From Elusimicrobiota bacterium (GTDB taxonomy: Bacteria > Elusimicrobiota > Endomicrobiia > CG1-02-37-114 > JAHJSO01), in contig JBDRQF010000011.1 of NCBI GenBank assembly GCA_043826435.1, forward strand, positions 1 through 64,000: a DNA stretch of 64,000 bases. Direction: 5' to 3'. The position numbers and the translations under genes were made by a program. This document shows positions 40,512 to 49,589 of this stretch, piece by piece. Every line of letters begins with the position of its first letter. Positions within the stretch are counted from its first letter, which is position 1. The notes under the pieces are model-generated. The model was not told the DNA's origin and ran no database searches. It saw only the letters and a list, made by a program, of their open reading frames with translations.

Positions 40512-41471
40512 TCAGTAAACATCCTTATATAGATCTTTTTCTTGAGGATAAGGGCTTTTCAGAGCAAAATCCAGCGCTTCCTCTATCTCTTTTTCTACTT
40601 CTCCGTCTATCTGTTTAAGGTCTTTTTCTTTAAGTAGATTATTTTCCAGGATATATCTTTTGAATTTTTCCAGGGGGCATTTCTTTGTCCATTTTTCAAC
40701 TTCTTCTTTTTGTCTGAATCCTTTCTCTACATCTGTTTCAGGACCAACATGAGTTCTCCATCTATATGTTCTTGTTTCAATCAAAGAAGGACCTGAACCA
40801 TTTCGTGTTCTCGCTATAAATTTTTTGGCTGTTTTGTGTACCTCAAATACATCATTTCCGTCAATGCAAATACCTGGCATGGAGAAAAAATCCGCTATCT
40901 TATAAATGTCAGTATTCACCTGTCTAACTTTTTGAAGAGAGTTTGTTGCATAAAAATTATTTTCACATACAAATATTATAGGCAACTTCTTTAACGAAGA
41001 AAAATTAAGAGATTCATAAAAAACACCTTCATCAACTGCCCCATCGCCAAAAAATGCTATAACAATTCTATTATCTTTCTTTATTTTAGAAGCCAATGCC
41101 GATCCAACTGCAATAGGTATTCCCCCGCCCACAATTGCAGAAGTTCCCAATATAGAATGTTTAACAGATATCATATGCATTGAACCACCTTTTCCGGACG
41201 AACAGCCAGTTTTTTTTCCATAAAGTTCTGCGAATAAAGGTTTTAAATCCACACCTTTGGCAATTAAATGACCGTGGTTTCTATGATTACTGAAGACATA
41301 ATCTTCTTTTTTTAAGTTGATGCAAAAACCCACAGCAATAGCTTCTTGACCTATATATAAGTGAACAGGGGTGCACATATCCTGTTTTGGGTAAATTTGA
41401 ATTATCTTCTCTTCAAATTTTCTAATTTTTGTAAGGTAGTAATAAATTTTTTTTAATGTATCAGATGTCAT
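40512..41471 (-). CDS. 2-oxoacid dehydrogenase E1 alpha-like subunit (TPP-binding)
   Basis: HLYIGQEA, HRNHGH, GKGGSMH, GDGA...ENN TPP motif, TYRWRTH. Confidence 0.92.
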   Translation of the reverse strand: MTSDTLKKIYYYLTKIRKFEEKIIQIYPKQDMCTPVHLYIGQEAIAVGFCINLKKEDYVFSNHRNHGHLIAKGVDLKPLFAELYGKKTGCSSGKGGSMHMISVKHSILGTSAIVGGGIPIAVGSALASKIKKDNRIVIAFFGDGAVDEGVFYESLNFSSLKKLPIIFVCENNFYATNSLQKVRQVNTDIYKIADFFSMPGICIDGNDVFEVHKTAKKFIARTRNGSGPSLIETRTYRWRTHVGPETDVEKGFRQKEEVEKWTKKCPLEKFKRYILENNLLKEKDLKQIDGEVEKEIEEALDFALKSPYPQEKDLYKDVY

Positions 41472-41491
41472 ATCTCTTTATTATATAAAAT

Positions 41492-42607
41492 CTAACCGGA
41501 AAAATCAAGATAAAATTTTCTTATTTTATCAACGATATAGTCCAGTTGTTTTTCTGTCAATTCAGGATAAACGGGCAAACTTAAAATCTCTCCCGCCAGA
41601 CGTTCGGTTACGGGAAAAGCGCCTTTTTTATATCCTAACGGTTTAGCCGCCCTCTGCATATGTATGGGCAGCGGATAGTGGATTTTTGTTTCAATCCCGT
41701 TTTTTGCAAGGTAGGTTTGAAGCCGGCCCCTCTTTTCTGCCCGGATTATAAAAGTATGGTAAACACATTTTTCATGGCTGTTTTCTTCCGGTGTTTTTAC
41801 GAATCCATTCATGTCAGATAAATTTTTTATATAGTATTTTGCAACCTTTCTTCTGCCTTCAATCCATCTGTCCAGATATTTAAACTTAACATTGAGTATT
41901 GCCGCCTGCATAGTATCAAGCCGGCTGTTATACCCCCACTGCGGAGATTCATTTCTGTTTTTTAATCCGATGTTTCTGAGTCGGATTAATTTTTGGTATA
42001 GTTTTTTATCGCCTGTCGTGATGAAACCCCCGTCACCGCAGGCATTCAGTGTTTTTAATGGATGTAAACTGAAACAGCCGAATGTCCCGAATGAACCCAC
42101 TCTCTTTCCTCTGTATTCTGCGCCGAGTGACTGTGCAGCATCTTCAATAATATACAGGTTGTATTTTTTTGCTGTTTCCATAATCGGGTGCATGTCCGCT
42201 GTCTTTCCTGTTAAATGCACCAGAAGGATTGCTTTTGTTTTCCGGGTGATTTTTTCAGATATAAGGTCCGGGTCAATATTCATATCTTCCCGGACATCTA
42301 CAAAAACCGGCTTTAGCCCTGCTGTGATTATGCTTGAGGTTGTAGAGAGAAAGGAGTTTGGGACCGTAATAACCTCATCGTCATCTTTTAACCCTAACGA
42401 TTTCATCGCAAGAAAGAGTGCATCAGTTCCTGAGTTGACCCCGACAGCGTATTTTGTATCGCAGTAGTGCGCCGCCCTTTGTTCAAACAGCGAGACCTCT
42501 TTGCCGAGAATAAAGTCGGCCCTTTCAAGGGTTTTTGAAACCGCCGCGAGTATCTCTCTTTTCAGTTTTTTATGCTGGGCTTTCAGGTTTATGTAAGGTA
42601 TTTTCAT
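41492..42607 (-). CDS. DegT/DnrJ/EryC1/StrS aminotransferase
   Basis: NSGTDAL, EDAAQ, SLHPLK (PLP lysine) and GYNSRLD motifs. Confidence 0.93.
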   Translation of the reverse strand: MKIPYINLKAQHKKLKREILAAVSKTLERADFILGKEVSLFEQRAAHYCDTKYAVGVNSGTDALFLAMKSLGLKDDDEVITVPNSFLSTTSSIITAGLKPVFVDVREDMNIDPDLISEKITRKTKAILLVHLTGKTADMHPIMETAKKYNLYIIEDAAQSLGAEYRGKRVGSFGTFGCFSLHPLKTLNACGDGGFITTGDKKLYQKLIRLRNIGLKNRNESPQWGYNSRLDTMQAAILNVKFKYLDRWIEGRRKVAKYYIKNLSDMNGFVKTPEENSHEKCVYHTFIIRAEKRGRLQTYLAKNGIETKIHYPLPIHMQRAAKPLGYKKGAFPVTERLAGEILSLPVYPELTEKQLDYIVDKIRKFYLDFSG

Positions 42608-42654
42608 AAAAATTTTTTGGCGGATATATTGGCCGTTTACAACGGATATTTTAC

Positions 42655-43653
42655 CTATTTCAACCCTATGGATTTCATCTTCCTGACATTGTAATAATTT
42701 ATGTCCTGCCAGTCAACAATCCTTTTTGTTTCAAATGCAATTTTAATGTCGCTGATTGCGTCCCTTATTGTTTTTGCAGGAATAAGGCCCAGTTCTTTTT
42801 TGATTTTTTCGGAAGATATGTGGTATGACCTGTTGTCTTTTGTCGGGACGGTCTCTATCGGTACGTGGGCACTAACCGTTTCTTTTACCATATTAGCAAG
42901 ATCCATTACAGTATAATTTTCATAGCCGGCATTATATATTTTGCCGGCAATTTTTTCCTTTGGGACTTCTAATAATTTCACATAATAGTCGGTTATATCT
43001 TCAATATGAATATTTGGCCGTTTCTGTCCGCCGCCGAAGACAGTAATTTTGTTTGTGTTTAAAGCATTTGCGGTGAGGATATTAACTGTCAGGTCAAGCC
43101 GCATCCTCGGCGAAAATCCACACACAGTAGCAGGTCTGATTACAGTGCAGGTGAACTCAGGGGTCTGGTTTTTCAGCAGGAATTCCTCGCACAGCACTTT
43201 GTATTTTGAGTAGTCAGTAAGCGGCTCAAGAGGCAGTGTCTCTGTTACATTCTCTTCTTTTTTTACGCCGTACACGCTTGAACTAGAAGCAAAAACGAAT
43301 AGTCCGACCCCCGATTTTTTTGAAACATCAACCAGATCAAGGAATGCATCGTAATTTATGGATTTTGAAAGTAACGGGTCAAGTTCATAACTTGGGTCGT
43401 TGGAAATGCACGCAAGATGTATAACCGCGTCCGTTCCCGGTATTATTTTTTCAAGCAGAGCCCTGTCCCGGATGTCTCCCTTTACCTGTTGCAGGCCCGG
43501 GTGATTCTTTACTTCGTCCAGGACGTGTTTGCCGTATATGTACAAATCAATGACTTTTACCCTGTACCCTTTTTTCAGGAGTTTGGGGACAAGGACGCTG
43601 CCGACGTATCCCGCCCCGCCCGTTACAAGTATATTTTTTTGTTTATGGTTCAT
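42655..43653 (-). CDS. NAD-dependent epimerase/dehydratase (extended SDR)
   Basis: TGGAGYVGS, ASSSSVYG and YSKYK motifs; start MNHKQK at 43653. Confidence 0.9.
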   Translation of the reverse strand: MNHKQKNILVTGGAGYVGSVLVPKLLKKGYRVKVIDLYIYGKHVLDEVKNHPGLQQVKGDIRDRALLEKIIPGTDAVIHLACISNDPSYELDPLLSKSINYDAFLDLVDVSKKSGVGLFVFASSSSVYGVKKEENVTETLPLEPLTDYSKYKVLCEEFLLKNQTPEFTCTVIRPATVCGFSPRMRLDLTVNILTANALNTNKITVFGGGQKRPNIHIEDITDYYVKLLEVPKEKIAGKIYNAGYENYTVMDLANMVKETVSAHVPIETVPTKDNRSYHISSEKIKKELGLIPAKTIRDAISDIKIAFETKRIVDWQDINYYNVRKMKSIGLK

Positions 43654-44764
43654 TATAGGCACCCTTTCCGTAAAATTCTCTGACCTTCCCGATGACGTAT
43701 TCAACCTGTTGCGGGCTCAGGTGCTGATGCACGGGCAGCGATATTATTGACTCCGCCTGTTTTTCAGCCACGGGGAAGTCGCCCTTTTTATAACCGAACT
43801 GTTTGCTCGCCTCCTGCAGGTGCAGGGGAATGGGGTAGTGGATTTTTGCTTCAATTTCATTTTTTATGAGATATAAAAGAAGTTCGTCCCTTTTTTCTAC
43901 CTGAATGATATAGATGTGGAATACGTTTTTGAACCTTTTATCTCTCGGTGGAATTGCGATAAATTCCTTTAAGTTGGCAAATGCGTCATCATATTTTTGT
44001 GCATTCCGGATCCTTTTGATTGTGATGTCCTCAACCTGGTCAATAAGGTGCAGGCCGACGATCGCCTGTATTGTATCCAGACGGCTGTTGTATCCGAAGA
44101 TTTCTATCTCATCCCTGTTTTTAAGACCGTGGTTCCGCAACAGTATAAGTTTGTTTCTTATTTCTTCCGAATCGGTTATCGCAAGCCCCGCATCCCCCCA
44201 CACGTTTAAGTTTTTTAGCGGGTGCAAACTGTAACCCGCGGCAAGCCCGAACGTGCCCACGGGTTTGTCGTTGATTTTGGCGCCTATTGCCTGGCAGGCG
44301 TCCTCAATAACGAGAAGATTATGCTTTCCGGCTATTTTCATTATTTCAGGCATGTCTGCCGGGTTGCCGGAGTAGTGGACGGGCATAATTACTTTTGTTT
44401 TTTGGGTAATGGCTGATTCTATTTTTGAGACATCTATGTTGTAGTCGTCCTGCACATCAACAAATACCGGCCTCGCACCGGCGGCGACTATCGCACCGAC
44501 GGTTGCTATGAAAGTATCCGGGGCGGTTATCACCTCGTCTCCCGGCATGACGCCAGCGGTTTTCAGGGACAGGAAGAGCGCATCCGTGCCCGAATTTACT
44601 CCAACGGCGTATTTTGTCCCGCACAAAACGGCGAATTTCTTCTCAAACTCTTCAACCTCGGCGCCCAGGGTGAAATCACATTTTTTGAGCTGGTTTTTTA
44701 TCGCCTCAAGAATTTTCTCCGGGCGAGCAAACTGGTCAACCAGATAAGAATAAGGTACTTTCAT
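43643..44764 (-). CDS. DegT/DnrJ/EryC1/StrS aminotransferase
   Basis: NSGTDAL, EDACQ, SLHPLK and GYNSRLD motifs. Confidence 0.93.
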   Translation of the reverse strand: MKVPYSYLVDQFARPEKILEAIKNQLKKCDFTLGAEVEEFEKKFAVLCGTKYAVGVNSGTDALFLSLKTAGVMPGDEVITAPDTFIATVGAIVAAGARPVFVDVQDDYNIDVSKIESAITQKTKVIMPVHYSGNPADMPEIMKIAGKHNLLVIEDACQAIGAKINDKPVGTFGLAAGYSLHPLKNLNVWGDAGLAITDSEEIRNKLILLRNHGLKNRDEIEIFGYNSRLDTIQAIVGLHLIDQVEDITIKRIRNAQKYDDAFANLKEFIAIPPRDKRFKNVFHIYIIQVEKRDELLLYLIKNEIEAKIHYPIPLHLQEASKQFGYKKGDFPVAEKQAESIISLPVHQHLSPQQVEYVIGKVREFYGKGAYNEP

Positions 44765-46464
44765 TTTAATTTTTTGTAAATTATTATTTCAGGATTAGGT
44801 ATTAACCAATCGTGCGGCGGATAGTTTTTCCTGAAAACTATTCCCATGAACGATGCCTGCCTGTTGAACCGCGCAACCTCTTCAAATCTATCAGTGTTGA
44901 ACATTATGCTTTGTAAAATTTCTGCGCCCCGCAAAACTTTGTCTTTTTCCTGTTCCTGTTTTGAAAAATAATTAGCAAGAAAATCAGGATAATAAATATA
45001 GTCCCTGTACTCAAATTCAGACAGGACGACGTAGTCCGCTTCTTTTTTGATTGAGTCAAGCCCAAGGACCGCCTCGCTCAAAGCGGATTGTATATCCCCG
45101 CCCATCAGGAGATTGTAAGGCGGGTTGTATTGCCGCAGGATGCCAGGCGTCCAGAAATAACTCCTGGGTATGGCGACCTTTGCCGATTCCGGAACGTTAT
45201 TCTTAATCCATTCCGACGTTTCTTCCCTTGTGTTTTTTGAGACGTATAAATTCAGGTTTGCGAGTGAATAGACGGAGGAATAAGCAAATATAAAAACAAG
45301 GGCCAGCAGGGTTATGACTGCCGGAACAGATTTTTTCACGATTTTTGAAGAGAGCATCGCCCCGGCCGTTCTTGCAGCGAACAGAACAAAGAAGGGTATA
45401 ACTGGCAGGGTGTACCATGCCGCCTGGTTTTTGGGCCGGGTGATGACAAAGTAAATAATAATTCCTGAAATCAAAAAGAGCATGTCATAGGGCGCTCCGG
45501 ATTGGCTCCTACTTTTTATAGAGGATAACTGCTTTGCCGTTATGTAAACAAAACCCGCCAGCCCCCCTGCAAGTAGCGGCCAGCCCATTGCATGCGGGAG
45601 GTAGTATCTTATGTAACTTAACCACCCCGGGCCGAAAAGCGCAAATTCAACAGGATGGGTGGTCCCTCCGGCAAACGCAAAATTCATTTTCATGTAATAC
45701 CAGAAAGTAGGGAAGTCAAAAATGGAATAAGGACAGCCGATTAAAAACCCAGCGGCAGATGATGCAATTAATATCCAGAGGTTCTTGTTTTTAACGGAGT
45801 CGCCGCGGATGAAATGCGCCAGTACCGGGACTATCACGTAAACGCCGGCGCTGAGTTTTGTCGCCGTGGCAAGCCCGACGCAAATGCCCGCAAGGACGTA
45901 GTACTTTGTCCGGTTTCTGCCGGAAATTATCATAACTGAAAACAGTGCCCCGAGCAAAGCGAAAAACAACATGATAACGTCGGGCCGGACATAGAATGAA
46001 TTTATGATATGCCCCGCGGTTATGCACAATAGCCCCGCAGAAATAAGCCCCGTGGTACTGTTGTATGCCTTTTTGGCTATAAGATAAATCAGCAGTATGC
46101 TCAGCGTCCCGAAGATTATTGAAATCAACCGGCCGATAACGTAGAGTTTGTCCGCCTCGTGAAGGTTTGCAATGAGGAACTCCCTTGTGACAGGGCTCAC
46201 CATGCCCGCTACCTGGCTTATCTTCAGGAAAAACCCGAGAATATAAACGCTGAAACCGCCCCAGAGGAACGCCCTCTTCGGGCTGAAATCAAGTTTTGAA
46301 GGGACCATGCGTTCAAGCGAGTAATAGGAGAGCGGTTCGTCGGGATTGTACGTCGTTAAGGCGAGGTTTTTACTCGGGAGGCCGAATCTTATCGGCGCCA
46401 CTCTTAAAAAAAAACCTGCCAGCAGGATAAGTATCAACAAAAAAATGTGCGTCTTATCCTTCAT
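44761..46464 (-). CDS. ArnT/PMT-like (GT-C type) membrane glycosyltransferase
   Basis: LR after TM1, GLP...NPDE, RPD, GLATATK, GCPYS and SEWIKNNVP motifs. Confidence 0.8.
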   Translation of the reverse strand: MKDKTHIFLLILILLAGFFLRVAPIRFGLPSKNLALTTYNPDEPLSYYSLERMVPSKLDFSPKRAFLWGGFSVYILGFFLKISQVAGMVSPVTREFLIANLHEADKLYVIGRLISIIFGTLSILLIYLIAKKAYNSTTGLISAGLLCITAGHIINSFYVRPDVIMLFFALLGALFSVMIISGRNRTKYYVLAGICVGLATATKLSAGVYVIVPVLAHFIRGDSVKNKNLWILIASSAAGFLIGCPYSIFDFPTFWYYMKMNFAFAGGTTHPVEFALFGPGWLSYIRYYLPHAMGWPLLAGGLAGFVYITAKQLSSIKSRSQSGAPYDMLFLISGIIIYFVITRPKNQAAWYTLPVIPFFVLFAARTAGAMLSSKIVKKSVPAVITLLALVFIFAYSSVYSLANLNLYVSKNTREETSEWIKNNVPESAKVAIPRSYFWTPGILRQYNPPYNLLMGGDIQSALSEAVLGLDSIKKEADYVVLSEFEYRDYIYYPDFLANYFSKQEQEKDKVLRGAEILQSIMFNTDRFEEVARFNRQASFMGIVFRKNYPPHDWLIPNPEIIIYKKLK

Positions 46465-47569
46465 ATTTTTTCAGCGCGTCCGCGACGTATTCAATTTCCT
46501 GTTCCGTTATACCGGGAAACATCGGCAGCGAGAGGATTTCATCCGACAACCTTTCAGCCACCGGTAAATCCCCCTTCTTATAACCGAGGCCGGCAAAGAC
46601 CGGGCTCAGGTGCAACGGCATGGGATAGTGGATGCCGGCGCCGATGTCATTCTTGGACAGGTATTCCCTGAGTTTGTCCCTGTTTTTTGTCCGTATCACA
46701 AAGAGATGGTATACGTGCCTTGCATGCTCCGACTCGGCAGGGAGTATAAAACCGGCTCCTGAAAGCATCTTCCTGTAAATCCCTGCCGCCGTCCTCCTCT
46801 GTGAATTCCATTCGTCCAGAGAATGCAATTTTATAGACAGAACAATTGCTTGCAGTGAATCAAGTCGGGCGTTAAATCCGAGCATGGTATGTTCACTTTT
46901 TTTCTTTTGTCCCAGGTCACGCAGGGCATAGACCTCTTCCGCAATTGATTTGTCATTTGTTACGACGGCGCCCGCATCCCCGAGTGCCCCGAGGTTCTTC
47001 CCGGGATAAAAACTAAAACACCCTGCCCTGCCAATTGTCCCTGACTTTATCCAGTTTTTGTCTACAAGGCATTCGGCTCCGTGCGACTGGCAAGCGTCTT
47101 CTATTATGTCAACCTTGTATTCGTTTGCAATCCCGAGCAGGCCCGCCATATTGCATGGCTGCCCGTAAAGATGAACGGGGATTATCGCCTTTATCTTTTG
47201 CTTTTGCATGGCCTCACGGACTTTCTGCAAATCAATATTATACGTATTCTCTTCAACGTCAACAAACACAGGCCTTGCGCCCGTATATGCGACTGCAAGG
47301 GCGGTTGATATGAAAGTGTTGGCAGGCACGATAACACTATCGCCGCTGCCTGCTGAAACGGATCTGAGTGCAAGTTGAAGCGCATCCGTCCCCGAGCTTA
47401 TGCCGACGCAGTACTTCGTCCCGCAGTATTCCGCAAACTGTTTTTCAAAAGCGGCGACTTCACCCGAGAGGATAAAATGACTCTGCTGTATCGCCGTATC
47501 AATGGCTGAAACAATCTCGCCCCTTATGGCATTGTGTTGCCTGGACAAATCAACGAACGGTACTTTCAT
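46454..47569 (-). CDS. DegT aminotransferase (WbpE/FdtB-like)
   Basis: PVHLYGQ, EDACQSHG, SFYPGKNLGALGD and GFNARLD motifs. Confidence 0.93.
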   Translation of the reverse strand: MKVPFVDLSRQHNAIRGEIVSAIDTAIQQSHFILSGEVAAFEKQFAEYCGTKYCVGISSGTDALQLALRSVSAGSGDSVIVPANTFISTALAVAYTGARPVFVDVEENTYNIDLQKVREAMQKQKIKAIIPVHLYGQPCNMAGLLGIANEYKVDIIEDACQSHGAECLVDKNWIKSGTIGRAGCFSFYPGKNLGALGDAGAVVTNDKSIAEEVYALRDLGQKKKSEHTMLGFNARLDSLQAIVLSIKLHSLDEWNSQRRTAAGIYRKMLSGAGFILPAESEHARHVYHLFVIRTKNRDKLREYLSKNDIGAGIHYPMPLHLSPVFAGLGYKKGDLPVAERLSDEILSLPMFPGITEQEIEYVADALKKYEG

Positions 47570-47621
47570 AAATATGTCCTTCCCTTCCTTTCCTGCGCCC
47601 TTTCTTCGGGTGCCTTTCCTT

Positions 47622-48626
47622 TTAACTTATCTTTATTATTTTGCCCCTGTTCTTTGCGGACTCCTCAGCTGCAGCAAGCACTTTTACGACGTTCACGCCG
47701 TAAGTTATGTCACTTTTGGGTTTTTTGTTTTTCTCTACACTCTCAAGGAAATCGGCGCATTCAGTTTTCAACGGTTCGGCTACCGGTAAGCGGGGGCTTA
47801 TAATGTCCCCCGAGCGGTAGGTTAACTGGAACTCTCCGAATGTCTCAGGGTTTTTCACGACGCCCTCGTTGTAAATCTTTATCTTTTCAACCGGCTCAAT
47901 GTCGTCGTAAACCGCCATCCGCTTGCTTCCTATGAGAACGGTCCTGCGGAGTTTGCACGGGGCAAGCCAGCTTATGTGCAGATGCGCGACGATGTTTTTG
48001 CTGAAGAACAACGTTATGTATGCCACCTCAAATATTTCTTTGCGTATGTACGATTTTCCGTGGCATGCTACCGCATGTGGAGTTTCGCCGAGCCAGTATA
48101 TCATAATTGATGCATCGTGCGGGGCGAGGTCCCACACCACGCTGACGTCCGGCTGGAACAGTCCCAGGTTAACCCTGGAAGAATCAATGTAAAAGAGCCG
48201 GCCCAGCGTTTTTTTGTCAAGGAGTTCCTTCACCCGTATCACGGGCGGGCTGTAAAGGAAGGTATGGCTGACCGAGACAATTTTTTTCTTTTTTTCGGAG
48301 ATGTCCAGGAGTTTCTTCGCCTCTTCAACGGAGGTGCAGAGGGGTTTTTCAATTAGAACGTTTTTCCCCGCCTCCAGGAATTTTTTTGCAAGCGGGAAGT
48401 GGGTTGATACCGGCGTTGCGATGGCGACTGCGTCAATTGTATTGTCCGCCAGTATCTGGTCGTAATTTTTCGTCAATTTTACGTAAGGATACTTTTCCCC
48501 TGCTTTCCTGAGGTTCTTGTCGTGCAGGTCACAGATGTATTTCAGATTACAGCCGGGCAACTCAAAGAAGTTCCTTGCCAGGTTCGGCCCCCAGTAGCCA
48601 TAACCGATTATCGCAATGTTTATCAT
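47622..48626 (-). CDS. Gfo/Idh/MocA oxidoreductase (sugar-nucleotide dehydrogenase)
   Basis: IGYGYWGPN, IATPVSTH, EKP and WDLAPHD motifs. Confidence 0.9.
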   Translation of the reverse strand: MINIAIIGYGYWGPNLARNFFELPGCNLKYICDLHDKNLRKAGEKYPYVKLTKNYDQILADNTIDAVAIATPVSTHFPLAKKFLEAGKNVLIEKPLCTSVEEAKKLLDISEKKKKIVSVSHTFLYSPPVIRVKELLDKKTLGRLFYIDSSRVNLGLFQPDVSVVWDLAPHDASIMIYWLGETPHAVACHGKSYIRKEIFEVAYITLFFSKNIVAHLHISWLAPCKLRRTVLIGSKRMAVYDDIEPVEKIKIYNEGVVKNPETFGEFQLTYRSGDIISPRLPVAEPLKTECADFLESVEKNKKPKSDITYGVNVVKVLAAAEESAKNRGKIIKIS

Positions 48627-48644
48627 AATGCCTCCGTATCGTGT

Positions 48645-48764
48645 GTCATTGCGAGGAGCGTTAGCGACGAAGCAATCTCGTTATTAAAATAAGTAGATTG
48701 CCACGCTCCCTTCGGTCGCTCGCAATGACACTTTGATTGCCACGCCCTTCGGGCTCGCGATGAC
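48645..48764. repeat. Palindromic REP/RPE-like element: full copy (48645-48729) plus extra right half (48735-48764)
   Basis: GTCATTGCGAGGAGCGTTAGCGACGAAGCAATCTC...GATTGCCACG...CTCGCAATGAC, then GATTGCCACGCCCTTCGGGCTCGCGATGAC. Confidence 0.9.
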
Positions 48765-48807
48765 AATGTTTATATCCCTTTGTTTTCTGCGTTTGTATCA
48801 AGCGGTA

Positions 48808-48836
48808 ATTATACCATATTTAATGAAAATATTCAA
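48808..48836 (-). promoter_or_regulatory. Internal sigma70-like promoter
   Basis: Minus strand TTGAAT-17 nt-TATAAT with an extended -10 TG. Confidence 0.7.
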
Positions 48837-48869
48837 ATTTTCTGCGCTGCGTATATTTTTTGCGACGGT

Positions 48870-49574
48870 TTACGACAGGAGATACAGGATAATGTCAGCG
48901 GCGGCCTTGAGCACGACTGCGATCTTGTTGCCCGTGGCTCCGCCGCCCGTCCTCGGGAGGTGTTCAATGGATACCTCAACCGTTTTACCCCCGCCTTTCA
49001 GGACGCTTAAAAAAATCTCGGCATGTATAAAAGCGCCCCTGGATTTAAAACGGATGTTTTTAAGTATTTCCCTGCGGAAGAGGACTACGCTGTCAACGTC
49101 AAAAACCCGCTTCAGTCCCATGAAACTTATTACCATATTGTAAATCCAGGCATTCATCCGTCTTACGGCGTTGTCTTTTCTGGCAATTCTCCTGCCGATT
49201 ATATAATCGTAATTGGCTGTCCAAGGGAGTAATTTGTGAATCTCCGCGGCGGGTATCTGCCCGTCTCCGGGTATAAAAAATACCCATTCCTTTGTGGGAT
49301 AGGAGACGACGTCCTTTAACGTCGGCCCGATGCCCATATTTTTATCATGACGGTATATGCGTAGTCCGGGATGATGAGCGGATAACTCCCGGAGAATTTT
49401 TGCGGTTGAGTCGGTGGAACCGTCGTCAATTACTACGACCTCGTAGTCGTCAGTCAGAGCGGACAGCACTTTAAAGCTGTCCCCCACGACCCTGGCGATG
49501 GCTCCTTCCTCATTGTAAGCCGGGATACTTATTGATATGGACTTCATAGTAGTGATGGGGTCAGGTCTTGACAT
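48870..49574 (-). CDS. GT2, polyprenyl-phosphate sugar synthase-like (ArnC/DPM1-like)
   Basis: IPAYNEE, IDDGSTD, NMGIG, PGDGQ and EVSIEHLPR motifs; alternative start 49547. Confidence 0.87.
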   Translation of the reverse strand: MSRPDPITTMKSISISIPAYNEEGAIARVVGDSFKVLSALTDDYEVVVIDDGSTDSTAKILRELSAHHPGLRIYRHDKNMGIGPTLKDVVSYPTKEWVFFIPGDGQIPAAEIHKLLPWTANYDYIIGRRIARKDNAVRRMNAWIYNMVISFMGLKRVFDVDSVVLFRREILKNIRFKSRGAFIHAEIFLSVLKGGGKTVEVSIEHLPRTGGGATGNKIAVVLKAAADIILYLLS

Positions 49575-49589
49575 TTGACAAAATGCTAA

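Noticed and set aside
39460..41471. Central-metabolism pyruvate dehydrogenase (pdhA/pdhB)
   Set aside because: No E2/E3 is adjacent and the pair is embedded in a sugar cluster, so the symbols were not assigned.
48733..49143. 136-aa plus-strand ORF starting MIATPFGLAMT
   Set aside because: Its start is a translation of the palindromic repeat and the remainder crosses a promoter and runs antisense to a GT2.
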